64,000 bases of DNA from Azolla caroliniana (Eukaryota; Plantae; Polypodiophyta), in assembly GCA_043228905.1 (NCBI GenBank), contig JBHGNT010000012.1, positions 20,770,001 to 20,834,000 of the forward strand, given 5' to 3'. The notes below the pieces were generated by a model. It was not told where the DNA came from. It did no database searches and saw only the letters and a program-made list of their open reading frames with translations. Every line of letters begins with the position of its first letter. Within the stretch, counting starts at the first letter, position 1. A program made the translations under genes and the position numbers. Shown piece by piece: positions 12,024 through 24,331 of this stretch.

Positions 12024-15000
12024 TGTTGACATATCAAGCTTAACTAGATTTAGTTAATTAGTCAACACACGTAACTAATCTAGAATCTAGTTAGTGTGTT
12101 AACCTTAAAGCCTTAAATAGGATTTTGTACTTGAGTGGGATACATTGTAGATCCTCCACTCCCATGTTCATTTAATATAGGACTTCACGTTTGTACCTAT
12201 ATTCTACTCACACAATTGCACCTTTGCACATGAGATGTATATATATACCTCATTGTGGGTATTTTTGTATTTGATGATGCTTTTTAATATAGTTAATCAT
12301 CCCCCATCTTGTCTCGTTGTTCATAAGTGTTAACTTCCTCTCTTTCTTCCTCTCACACACATATCACATAATCTTCCGTTGCGTAATCACATAATTAGGT
12401 ACTAATTAACCCGTACTTAATTTGTAACATGCTATCAGAGTGTGTGTTTTAGCACATCCACTAAGCCCACCCGACTCTCCGTTGTCATGGCGTGGCGTGT
12501 GAGAAAAAGTGAGGCTTCACGCACATCTCATAAAGTAATATATGAATGAAAATATAATAGTAAGAATAAAGTTGTAGTATATTAGTGGTTAGGGCTTATA
12601 AGTATACATGGGAAGGTGTAGAGTTTGAGTCTCTCTTGTGATGAATTAAAGAGTATTTTGCTCCCATTCCATTTTTGTGGTAAAGGGGAAAAAAAAGCAT
12701 GTAATGTTAAAATAGGCACCTCTTTCCTCTATAAGAGGGGAGGAATAAGGTTTATTATGGGGTCGCCCATTTTGCCTTAAGGGTGTACCACTAGGTTTTC
12801 ATCATCTTCTCCTCTTCTTCTTCTTTTCCTTCTAGACTTGGGGTTTCAAAGCTTCTTCTACCTCCTCATCATATTAAAGAACTTGGCATTTTAGGGTTTG
12901 TTAGTTTACTTCTATTATTCTACTTCTTACTCAAGATATTTTAGGGCTTGGATTCCTTCAACAATGGCTTCTTCGGCCTCTCGGTGGTAGTCAACTTGGT
13001 AGCATGTGGTGTAAGGGAGGTTGTAGTGGCATGGGAGCTACTCCGAATCGAGGCAACATAGCCGTTAGAAGTAGTGAGACTCGAGGCCCACTAGACTCGC
13101 CTTCACCGATTTATTTTAGCCCCTTTGGTTGATTTATAACCGATTATTGTAATAACCACCGAAATCGTGGTGTCAAGCCTAACAATTGTAAAAACAAAAA
13201 ACGAAAACCCTAATTTATATCAAAATTTATGTATATTTCCTCATGTCTTTGACTTAATCTCCCACTTCCTCACTACTTTTGTCTCCCCGGTCCAAGGCCC
13301 CGATGGTCACATTCGAGCGACACACGCATGCGAAACTTCACGACATTATTATGGGGTTGCCCATTTTGCCTTAGGGGTATACCACTAGGTTTTCATCTTC
13401 TCATCTTCTTCTTGGGTTAGGGTTTTGTAACCTCCCTTTCTCCTTATCCCTTTCTCCTCCTTTTTTTTCTAGGGTTAGGGTTTTAGAGGTTCTACTTTTC
13501 TTCTTTTCTCCTCAACATATCAGAGGACATATGATTTTAGGGTTTGTGAGTTTTGCTCCTATCATACTTCTTACTCGAGATTTTAGGGTTTGGATTTCTT
13601 AAACAATGGCTTTTTCGGCATCTCGGAGGTGGTCAACTCGATGGCCCGTTGCGGAAGGGAGGTTGTAGTGGCACGAGAGCTACTCCGAATTGAGGCAACA
13701 TAGCCGTCGGAAGTAGTCAAACTTGGAGCCCACTAGACTCACCTTCGCCGGTTTATTTATAACTGATTATTGTAATAACCACCAAAATCGTGGTGTCAAG
13801 CCTAACAACTGTAAAAAAATAAAAATAAAACCCTAATTTATATCAAAACTTATGTTACATATTTCCCCATGTCTTTGTCTTAATCTCCTACTTCCTCACT
13901 ACTTTTGTCTCCCCGGTCCAAGGCCCCCGCGGTCCCGTTCGAGCAACACATGCACGCGAAACTTCGCGACACCGTGATTGTGTGTTCGAAACACTAACGA
14001 CAAAATCCGGCTATCCGCTATCGTAGTGCCGCTACATAGCACGTTTACGTGACCGAAGGAATAAAAGCAAAAACGGAAGACACTACAATCAACATGAACA
14101 CACAAATGGGTAGCTTGCTCCCTAGGGAAAAGCTAGACCGGAGCAATTATTCATCTTGGGAGTACAAGATGAACCAATACCTCGTCAGCCAAGGGTTCGG
14201 ATCACCTCGATCCCAAGAAAATAATGAAGGTCCCCTAGGTCCTTCATCTCAAATGCATCCGATAGTTGGGCCTTGACACGGCCAATTTCATTGAGTCCGG
14301 GTCCAATGATGACTAAATCATCTACATAAAGTAAGATGCAAACCGGACCGTCCGGACCTCGCCGGATGAACAACGATGAGTCGGATTTAGAGGTCACAAA
14401 CCCCATCTTCTGCCACCGGTGTGTGATCTTCGCATTCCAAGCTCGGGGGGCTTATTTCAAACCGTAAAATGACTTCTTAAGCCGACACACCGCCGACTTG
14501 TTCATCTCCGATTGAAAACCGGAAGGTTGGATCATATAGACCCCCGTTCTTCAAGGTCACCTTGTAGAAACGCATTCTTCACGTCCATCTGGTGAAGATG
14601 CCACCCCCTTGCCGCAACAACCGCTAGTACCACACGAACCGTCGTCATCTTCGCTACTAGAGCGAAGGTCTCGTTGTAGTCGATTATGTGGGTCTATGCG
14701 TATCCCTTTGCCACTAACCGGGCCTTGTACCAATTAACTAAACCGTCAGCATTGTACTTTACCTTGTACACCCATTTGCAACCGATCAATTTACAATGTT
14801 AGGGAGGGTCAACGAGGTCCCATGTGTCGTTGGCATCGAGTGCCCGCATTTCCTCTTCCATAACGGCATGCCAATTTGCGTCCTTTGCTGCTTTTGCGTA
14901 GCTCTCCGGCTCACGCACTTCCGCCACTTTGGTCATGTACACATAGTGATGCGCCATGTACTCATTGTAGTTGTACCGTGAAATGAGGTTCTTCTGGCGG

Positions 15001-16177
15001 GAAGACTGGTGTAACTTGTCATCACCCAGTTTGGGGCCCTTCTTGGCCGGTTCAAACTTCTTTCCCGAAGATCCGCCTTCATCCTTTTCGGAGTCGGATT
15101 CTCTCTGATCCGACTCAACATTGCCGGTTTCGTATTCCGACATTTTATGCTTCCCTTTCTCTTTGTGCGTGAACCGTCTCCTCGGTTCCTTGCGCGGGGA
15201 GAGCACGATAGAGTCTCCACTACTCGTTGGTTCCTCATCCGATTGGTCACTTTGACCTAGTCATTCGTTCGGTCCGCTCAACCGAAACGATTCTGGACTC
15301 TCTTCTAGAGTCTCAAGCTCGTCATCTTCTATCTGGACCGGTTCAAGCTCATTGGCCTCATCCTCCGGGATTGGGTTGGAGTCAGAAGTCGGAGTCGGTG
15401 GAGAGTACCACAATGTCGTCTCGTCGAACTCAACATCTCAGCTTTACTCGGACTTGCTTCGTCCGGGGGTTATAGCACTTATACCCCTTTTGCTCATGCG
15501 AGTAACCGACTAGGATGCACTTCTCCGACTTCAGATCTAGCTTCTTTTGTTTCTCATCTGGTACATGCACATATGCTATGCTACCGAATATCCGAAGGTA
15601 GCTCAAATTTGGCTTCCGCCCAAAATACAACTGATGTGCTGACATCTTGTCTCCGATCCGGTTTTGGATGTAGACGTCCATCCGGACCGCCTCAGCCCAG
15701 TAGAATTGGGGCATGCTCTTCTCCTCCAGCATTGCCCTTGCCGCATCAACAATCGACTGGTTCTTTCTCTCAGCCACACCGTTTTGTTCCAGTGTGTATC
15801 GGTAGTTGAATTCTCTCTTAATTCCGTTCTGCTGCAGATAACCGTTGAATTGGCCAGAAAAGTATTCTTTTCCACCATCCGACCGCATGAACTCGATCTT
15901 CCTCTCTGTTTCCCTTTCGACTAAACTTTGAAGGTTCTGGAAACAGTCGAAGACTTCGCTTTTCTTCTCAATGAGGTAGATCCACATGTGCTGGCTGTAG
16001 TCGTCGATGAAGGAGACGAAATATCGACTCCCACCAAGACTAACGTTTTGTGCCGGTCCCCATACATCCGAATGGATTAAATCGAGCTTGTTATGGCTCC
16101 AATTTCGTTCGATGGGGAATGGAAGCCAGTGTTGCTAGGTACTAATTAACCAGTACTTTATTACCTAATTCTTAACA
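12024..16177 (+). mobile_element. Rearranged Ty1/copia element: 5' LTR 12024-12429, PBS, gag start, inverted INT-RT block, 3' LTR stub
   Basis: TG..CA ends with a perfect 5-bp TSD CAAGG (12019-12023 / 16178-16182). PBS-like tgctatcagag at 12430. gag MGSLLPREKLDRSNYSSWEYKM on plus. Integrase (RSDGGKEY, EQNGVAERKN) and RT (LLYVDDL) on minus at ~14196-16135. Confidence 0.85.
12483..13971. mobile_element. Solo LTR containing an internal ~600-bp tandem duplication, with 4-bp TSD CCGT
   Basis: TGTCATGG..TTCGCGACA ends, ccgt on both flanks. ~12757-13350 is repeated at ~13351-13970. The termini resemble those of the elements at 37669 and 39568. Confidence 0.75.
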
Positions 16178-19100
16178 CAAGGTTTTGTTGAGTCTTACAT
16201 GTTTGTGTAGAGATCATGATCAATTTGCTTTATTCTTGTAGATCATTCTCAGAAGTTTGCTCCACAATTATGATGATGGTGTAGGATTCAATTATTGGAT
16301 TTGGGATTTTCAACTACCCATCACCACAAGCACAAACCCAAGTTGTGACACAAGGACATCCACACTTGCACCTTGGATACGTTAAAAGAGTGACCCGGCA
16401 ATAGCCAACTATATGGTAGGAGAGAACACATGATGTCCAAGTGCCAAATGCATCACATGGATCCTGAGCCCCCATGCTTAATCAACACAACGCATAATAT
16501 TTCATGATGGGAAAACACCTTTTAATTCATGTGATGGCCAACCAATTGGTTGAGGGCAATAAGATTCTAAATTACAAGGCTTCAAGTGCCCATCACCATT
16601 ACCACAAACCCAAGTAAGACATAATGGCATCCTATGTATAGTGAGGTCAAACAACCATGCATTCACAAATACTATATGATGTGCCTGATGTGCCATGGGC
16701 ATCAATGGGTCATAAGTGCCCATAAAATAGTGCATACCATATCATTGCAAGTGGTGCAAGGCCTTTTTCATGCACCACATAGAAATTTGTTAAAGGGCAT
16801 CCAATGGAAGATTTGGCAAAGAACCTTGGTGAAACACCATAAAGTCCTCACTTAAGGCTCACTGCCACCACCACTGCACATTTTACCACTACACAAGAAC
16901 TAAGTTCTCAAAGCATGAATACAAACATAGAGTTGAAGGCTTACGGTGAGGGTAATTACCCATCGTATCAGCATAGTTAAACACAAATTGATAAAGATTG
17001 AGTGCAAGATTAATATTTTTTCTCTCATTACATGGAACATATTATGAAATGGGCATAGGGAAGCTAGCCTAAAGGCAAACAAACTAATACAACAAATTGA
17101 AATGAAATGCTTCAATTGTCAAGGCCTCCCATGTATTGATGTGTGAATCTTTGATCAAACATGACTATTACAATCACAATGCTAATAGACAACATCACAA
17201 TAAGGCATGGTGCCTCATTATGAGCTAGATCAAAAGTGTCCTAAGATGAAGATGTCATAGACTTGAGTGTGTGGTTTCCAAAAGAAATTATGCTCCAAAG
17301 TTGTGGTTAAGAACTTGTAGTCTTTGAGAAATCAAAGAAGAAGAAAAAGGTTGGCATGAACCTATTTTCAATTGTACCATCAAATACTGGAGTAAAACTA
17401 GTAACTCGAGCTCATCAAATAACATAGAACATAGAGTAATTATAGTAAGGAACTAATATTTCTATAAAAAGAAAGTGAAAACATAATAAATACAATGCAA
17501 TAAAGGCCTCACAAAAGAAAATTTCAATAAATGGGGCATACAAAAGTCAATGAGCAAGAAGTAAATGGGATCCCAAGAGACAAAATTCGAAATGAAATTG
17601 CTAGCACACTTGGCATTTGACTCTAAGACTTCGGCCAACATAAAGAAAGTACAATAATGCATTGACCTTATCTAAGATGAGCAATGACAATAGAGTTATA
17701 GTGAAGTAACCAACTCAGGGGCTCCCAACTGATCAAATGGGGTTTCTTGCAATAATGAGGCCCCATAAAAATACCACCACCTTTCAATTATCAAGCACCA
17801 AAACAAAACAAAACATTGTCGATGTTTCAAAGCAAGATTACGGCAAGGTTAACATAGAACTCTTATGGCAATTACTTACCTTGCAATATAATTGCCCGTC
17901 TGGGATGTAACATGATAGTCATATATATGAATTTGGAATGTAAAGGCTAGAATCATATATTTTATCATTGATCCACACAACGATGAATTTTTCAAAAAGG
18001 CTCTTCAACAACATGGCCAAATAGATGCCTTAGTGCAGCGAAATTGAGGTAAACAATGATACTTACATGTACATATTGGATATGGGTAGCAACATAAATA
18101 ATGAGTGTTGGTGAAAATGGAACATGCTCAAAATAATCACTACCAACATAAAATTGTGAATGGCCAATCATCAATTCAAAAGCTAGAAGAAATTATTGTG
18201 AACCCTATTTTGTGATATAAGTACCTTGATATGCTTGTAAATTACATCGCATCGAAAATCGCGATGTGATATAGTGTAATTTACAATGGTATGTGGTATC
18301 AAGGGTGAGGTTATTTTTTTACATGTACATATTTCATGTTTAGGTACATATAATACCTCATGAATGGTAGTATACATACTATACCACCAAGTTGCTTATT
18401 GTTTTTCTTTAATGTCATGGCAAAACAGAAAATATGTATAATATTGCTTTAAAGAAACAATATTATACAAAATGCCCAAAATGTACCCCTAAAATGCAAA
18501 ACAATCAGAAAACCCTTAAAAGAAGATATTTTACCCTTTCTTTGCTCCACCTCTTCCATCTACACCAAGCATCACCATCTATGCTTGATTTGCATAATGT
18601 AGACATAGGTTACAACCTATTGATTTAACATCAAGTTCTAAGAACTTGTAGTTGAAGATTGAAGATGAATCCCAAAACTCATGAATGAGTAGTTTTTTTA
18701 TCATTTTCAGTTGAACATTTAATTGCATTTTTTGTCCTTTTTAGCTATATTTGAAGCTAAAACGTTGTAGGGTATAGGGTTGCCTCATTTATATAGCCTA
18801 CAACACAAGTATTGAGATTGCACGATTCAACTATTCTCAAGATAAACCATATTTGGTGTCCGGCTTCTTGAAATATTTTTATTTTTATGTTAGAGTATAG
18901 ATTTTAAAGGTCTTCATTATACCGAGGTACAAATTTGTTGATTGGAGTTAAAGCAATAAAGTACAATAGATTATTTAAAATTATAAACTTGTTGTAGTTG
19001 CAATTATTCCAGCTTGCAACTAATCTATTTTAGAAAATGGCTTAGCTTGACGTGTTTAGCACACTATCGTTAAAGTACATGTTTTATATATTTGATAAGT

Positions 19101-22100
19101 TTTTACTAAATACAAAAAACGTATTTAAAATGCTTTTAGTTTGGGAGGTACTTAATATGCATTAATACATTAAGTATATATGGTACTTGTATTGAACTTG
19201 ATTTGTGGGCAAGCAGGTATTTGGAGCGAGGAGGTGCAATGTGGATGTGATGAAGGCATTGAATGTTGTGAGGAGGTGAGATGGCCCCTTGTGTGAGCAT
19301 TGCGAGGTAGATGAAGTCAAAGTTGTTAAGGATATGGAAATGAAGTGTTATAAATTTATAATTCAAGAAAAGAGCAAGAGACGGTTCTTTTCAAACTCAT
19401 GTATGGCAAGTCCAAAGTCAACCATGGTCTCAATATCTTTTAGATAGGATAACAAATGTATTTTCACGTGAGTCCAAAGTCCAACCAATTGCTAGTGAGT
19501 TGGTCCTTTGTTAAGGGAAAAGGTAATGCCCCATTGAGGGTGGTTAAAAGTGTGATATCATGGGGCTTTAAACATTGTTGTCATGAAGTGCATGTCGCAC
19601 ATGCGCGGACATGCATCGGGCCTTTATCTGTAGGTGGTGATCAAGGAGCAAAAAGATGGTTCATAAAGATTTTTGTTCAAGGTAAGTCTCAAACTTACGA
19701 ACTACGGGATAGATTTTGTAAGCTCCATGCATAGATCACAACACATGATTAAACATAGCATGATTCTTTCTCTTTATTAAAGTATTAACCCACACCATGT
19801 AGGCTAGATTATGTTAAATTTACTCGATACACCTAACAATGCATACACAAAAAATGCTTGTAACCTTCTTTACTTTATGTGTCTAAAGCCTTTTTCGAAG
19901 TTAGAGGCTTGAGGGTGATTAATAACCGCTTTCACTTGACTCGCCATCTTTAGGGTATACGATGGTCTAAACCTATTCACTCATGATACAATTGTCAAGG
20001 TACAACTTGGCTGGTACAAAGCATGCGCTTAGTGAGAACATCTTGACATAACACAACCTATCATGATGAAAACTATGCTGCCTACAACATCCAATTCCTT
20101 ATCATCATCCCTTTGGTGTGCACCTTCACCTTCACCCTTAAACTTATCATAACCAAATCCAAAATAGATATGTAACTATTTTTTAGCTTCATAATACTAC
20201 CATAATACTCATATATATAATTACACTCACCCTTGCCACAATCATCTGCATCATTATATAATCCATTATCGTGGCCAAAACCTATACCTTGTACCCTTAT
20301 CTTCATCACAATCACATATAGAATCTCAATACATTTCTAACTTCCTTTGTTGCCCACAACTTTACTTCCAACCTTCTATCATATTCTTCATGATGATCAC
20401 GAGATTCATCACAACCACAACATCATGATATCAATCCCTTCCCTCATGGTCATGATCTTCATCACATGTTTCATGATGATCACAACCATGACAATCTTGA
20501 TACTATATGGACCTTTTTTTGTTATTTTCTTCTCCTTTTGATATTCCTATGGTCTCCTTCTTCTTCGCATTGATCATTGTTACTACAATGCAACAACACT
20601 AATCTCTATCCTCTTTGATCTCTCGTTTTCATGTTCACATGTCTCATCAAGTACACCTCTTCATTTCGATTGAGTTCTCTCACATGCTGGAATAATATGT
20701 ACATTCTACCAATAGATCTCAACACATAATCGAACACAACATGACCGAAAATGAATTTGGTATTATAGGTTCAAGTATTAACTTACATTTTGGATATAAA
20801 TTACCCTTGTGAGAATTCACAGCCACATTGCCCTTGTATCTCACACATGCACAAGTTACTTGTCACCCCCCCCCCCCCCCTCCCCCCCTCCCACACACGC
20901 ATAAGATGAGATGATCTTATATTATCACACACACTAATAGCAAAGAGCGGGTCACCACTTAGAGCTCATGTTTTTTTTAAAAACAAAACTACACCATAGT
21001 TTCCATTACCAATCCATATAAGCGTATACACGACATATAATGATACAATCTAATGGAGGGTAAGATATCCCCTAATTGAAACCAACCTCCACCTATGGAG
21101 GAAACAACCATCGAGGGGATACATATTGCCAATCCATTTTGTCATTTCTCTCCACAAAGACAAACAAATCCTTCCACTTGCCTTTAAAGGATTGTTGTTT
21201 CAGAAAAATGATATCTTCATTACCAGTGAAGGAGTCATATTGTTGTTTCCTTCCACTTAGAGCTCATGCTTACGTACAATGATTGAACTATAAAGATGAT
21301 TTCATTTAATATATAATGGTTATTCTAACGATATGTACATATTGTCAAAGAAAGAAGGTATTTGGTTTAGAATGTGAACTATATTAATTTAAAGTAACAT
21401 TCTAAAATGGACAAATTCTTTGATTTGGAGATGGTTTCACATCATGTGCCATTGGCAACATGACATTGTGTCACCCAAGAGGATATAAAAATTTTATGAG
21501 GTACATCCATTCTTGATTGTGTCACCCAAGGCGGTATGAACAAATTGTAAGGTATGAACCCATTATTGTATTTATCTAATAAATTAAATTGTGACATCGA
21601 GTAAGTAATTCTTCGTGGGTTAAACAATGATGGTTTTAGGGAGAGCCATCTAATTGAAAAGGAGTGTTAGAGATATCCTTTGTATGCTATGGAGAAATCC
21701 ATCCATGCACACCATTGAGGAAGAGGAAAGAGAATTGTAGGATTTTTGCGCACAATACTGGAATATGGGTGCTTGGTTTATTGCACTTAGACGTTAATAT
21801 GGAGAGGGGGGGGAGGGAGGAGAAGGGAAGTATTTCTAAACTAGATAAGGACATATTTATGAAAGCAATGTTATATTGACTATGCCCGGGAAGAAAGAAA
21901 GAAAGAAAGATATATTAATGTCTTCTAAGGCCAAATTTGGCCCATGAGACAATTTGGTTTACAACAAAACGGGGTGTTTACCTTGACCCAATCATCGAAA
22001 AAAATAATAAAATAAAATAGAACTTACGCTAAAAGTGTTCTAGTATTGTACAAAATGTGTTATGGTGTGACATATTCTATAAAGGAAATGGCTTTTGTAA

Positions 22101-22106
22101 GAAAAC

Positions 22107-22109
<3 letters not shown>

Positions 22110-22156
<47 letters not shown>
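22110..22156 (+). repeat. (GA)n microsatellite
   Basis: Uninterrupted GA run. Confidence 0.95.
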
Positions 22157-22159
<3 letters not shown>

Positions 22160-22240
22160 CAAGTGAAAACTATATTATCAAAAGGAGAGGAATACAAGAA
22201 TGAAAAATATATATTACAAATAGGTGAAAGGTGAAAATAC

Positions 22241-22365
22241 AAGAAGGTAAGGGAACATGAGTTACATTGCCTAGAAGCTATGGTTGGTGTGGCCCATGGT
22301 CCCAATGTAAATGGTACCCCAACCATGGCTTCTAGGCAATGTAACTCATGTTCCCTTACCTTCTT
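22241..22365 (+). ncRNA. Candidate miRNA/hairpin-RNA precursor
   Basis: 47-bp arms at 22241-22287 and 22319-22365 are reverse complements except one position, which is a U:G pair on plus. 31-nt spacer. No known miRNA recognised. Confidence 0.4.
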
Positions 22366-24331
22366 AATTGCTTCTACACCACGTCGAGTTGTTTTGAATC
22401 TCAACATTGAAAGGCGTTTGGTAGTTCTTTGGTTTTTTGCTTTAGCAAGAGAGAGGGCGAGTAGTGTTGGTGTGTCCAAATTCATCGTTTCCCCGTGTCC
22501 CTAAAAAATTCATTGGTTACATGTTGATCAATATTACAAAGGTTATTAACATTATGTAGCTAGAGCAAGGGGTTTGGTAAACTAGTTGGTGAATTAAGGA
22601 GTTGTGAGGGAAATGGCAGTATTGTGTGAAAGGGGAGATGGTGCCTAATCTGGCTTTGATATTGTCATTGGTCAACCTATGGTATCATAAAGGACTTCAA
22701 ATCCATTGGTTGTGTATGTTGCATATTGTACCTATTGTCATGAACACGTGAACTTGAACCCAGGGCCTTATAATACATAATCGAAAACTTAACCATTAAG
22801 ATAGCCAATTGTCATATTAGATAATAAAGCTACTTCTTATAATATATTGATTGTTTTAAAAACTCAGGAACATTCTAGAATATCCTCGAACATCTTAGAA
22901 TATCCTAGGTCTAGAACATTCTAAAACATTATAGAAATCTTTAGGCTATTCTATAGGAACCTATAAATAGAGACATACAAGTCTTCTCAAATCAATTTGA
23001 ATCAACACCAATCTTAAGCTCGCATCACCTATATTGTATCCATTCTCATTCTACCTTAATACATCCATTATTCTCTTATCGTTTCATTCATTTCTTCTTA
23101 TGTTCTCTTTATATCATTCTTCAATTATTCTATAAGATAGAATGAGAATGGATACAAGATAGACGATGAGAGCTTAAGACCGGTGTTGATTTGAATTGAT
23201 TTGAGAAGACATGTATGTCTCTATTGATAGGTTCATATAGAATAGCCTATAGATTTCTATAATGTTCTAGAATGTTCTAGGATATTCTAGAATGTTCTAG
23301 AGTTTTTACAATAAACAATGTATTGTAAAAAGTTACTATCTATTGAGTGGACAAGCTCAACATGGGCCAGATCGGCCAAACAAGCCAAGAGCCGAATCAG
23401 TGTGATACCGGTAGGCTGTTCGAGGCCTACCGATCCTGGCCTTGTAGATAGACATATTTTTAGGAGTTAGTGTCAGAGCTCAGTTATGAGCATTGAAGTA
23501 CTTGTCAGCCCTTTTAAAGACTTGTATAAAAATGCTCTCTGAGCACATTGTATGTACAGAGTGTTGTCTCCCTTCTCAGAGAAACAGCTTTGATTACTCC
23601 CCTGAGTTATCGGGTCAAGGAATCGTGGTTGCGTAGGAGACTAGAATAGGGCCGACTGGGGCTGAACAGTTACACGATAGCTGGCCACAACTGAATGGCA
23701 CTTATGACTTATGAATAATAGAATCGAAAGTAAAAATTAAGATGAGACAAGCACAGACGTGACCCAAAAAGTATTTGTATTGATTACTGAATATATCGAT
23801 TACAAAGGCAATACATGCCGACTATATATCAACCACACACTCTCCGTCGATACAACATAAATATATATATCTATATATATATTCCCCTCCCCCCCTTCTA
23901 TTTTCTTCTGCTGCTCAACGATTTATATATAGCCTATAGTACACAGCTCTCGGCCGGAACAATTCATGCGGAGCTCGGTGCTACGATATTAATCTCCCTA
24001 AAATTATGTAGACAAAAACTCCCTTCTTGAGGTATGCATAACTTGGGTTATATAGTTTTCCTCTTGAGACAGAGCCGAGCCATCGACTGATTGTGAGGGC
24101 TAAAACTCAGTTATCTCTAGTTTTACCTATTTCCTCACCTACTCTTCTACCTAACAAGGAGTTTACATAATGTATTTATATTTCTGGCCTATGGACAACA
24201 CCTGGCACGCCCGTGGGACAGGACCTTGTTCGTCGGACCCACGGTTCACAATGTGGAGGGGTAACCATGGATTTGGCAAACAAAACAAATTACAAAAATT
24301 GCCCATTTATACAAGGGCTAATAGGTTTGTT

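Noticed and set aside
22060-22504. ORFs spanning the hairpin on both strands
   Set aside because: Products of the inverted repeat and the GA microsatellite; no domain.
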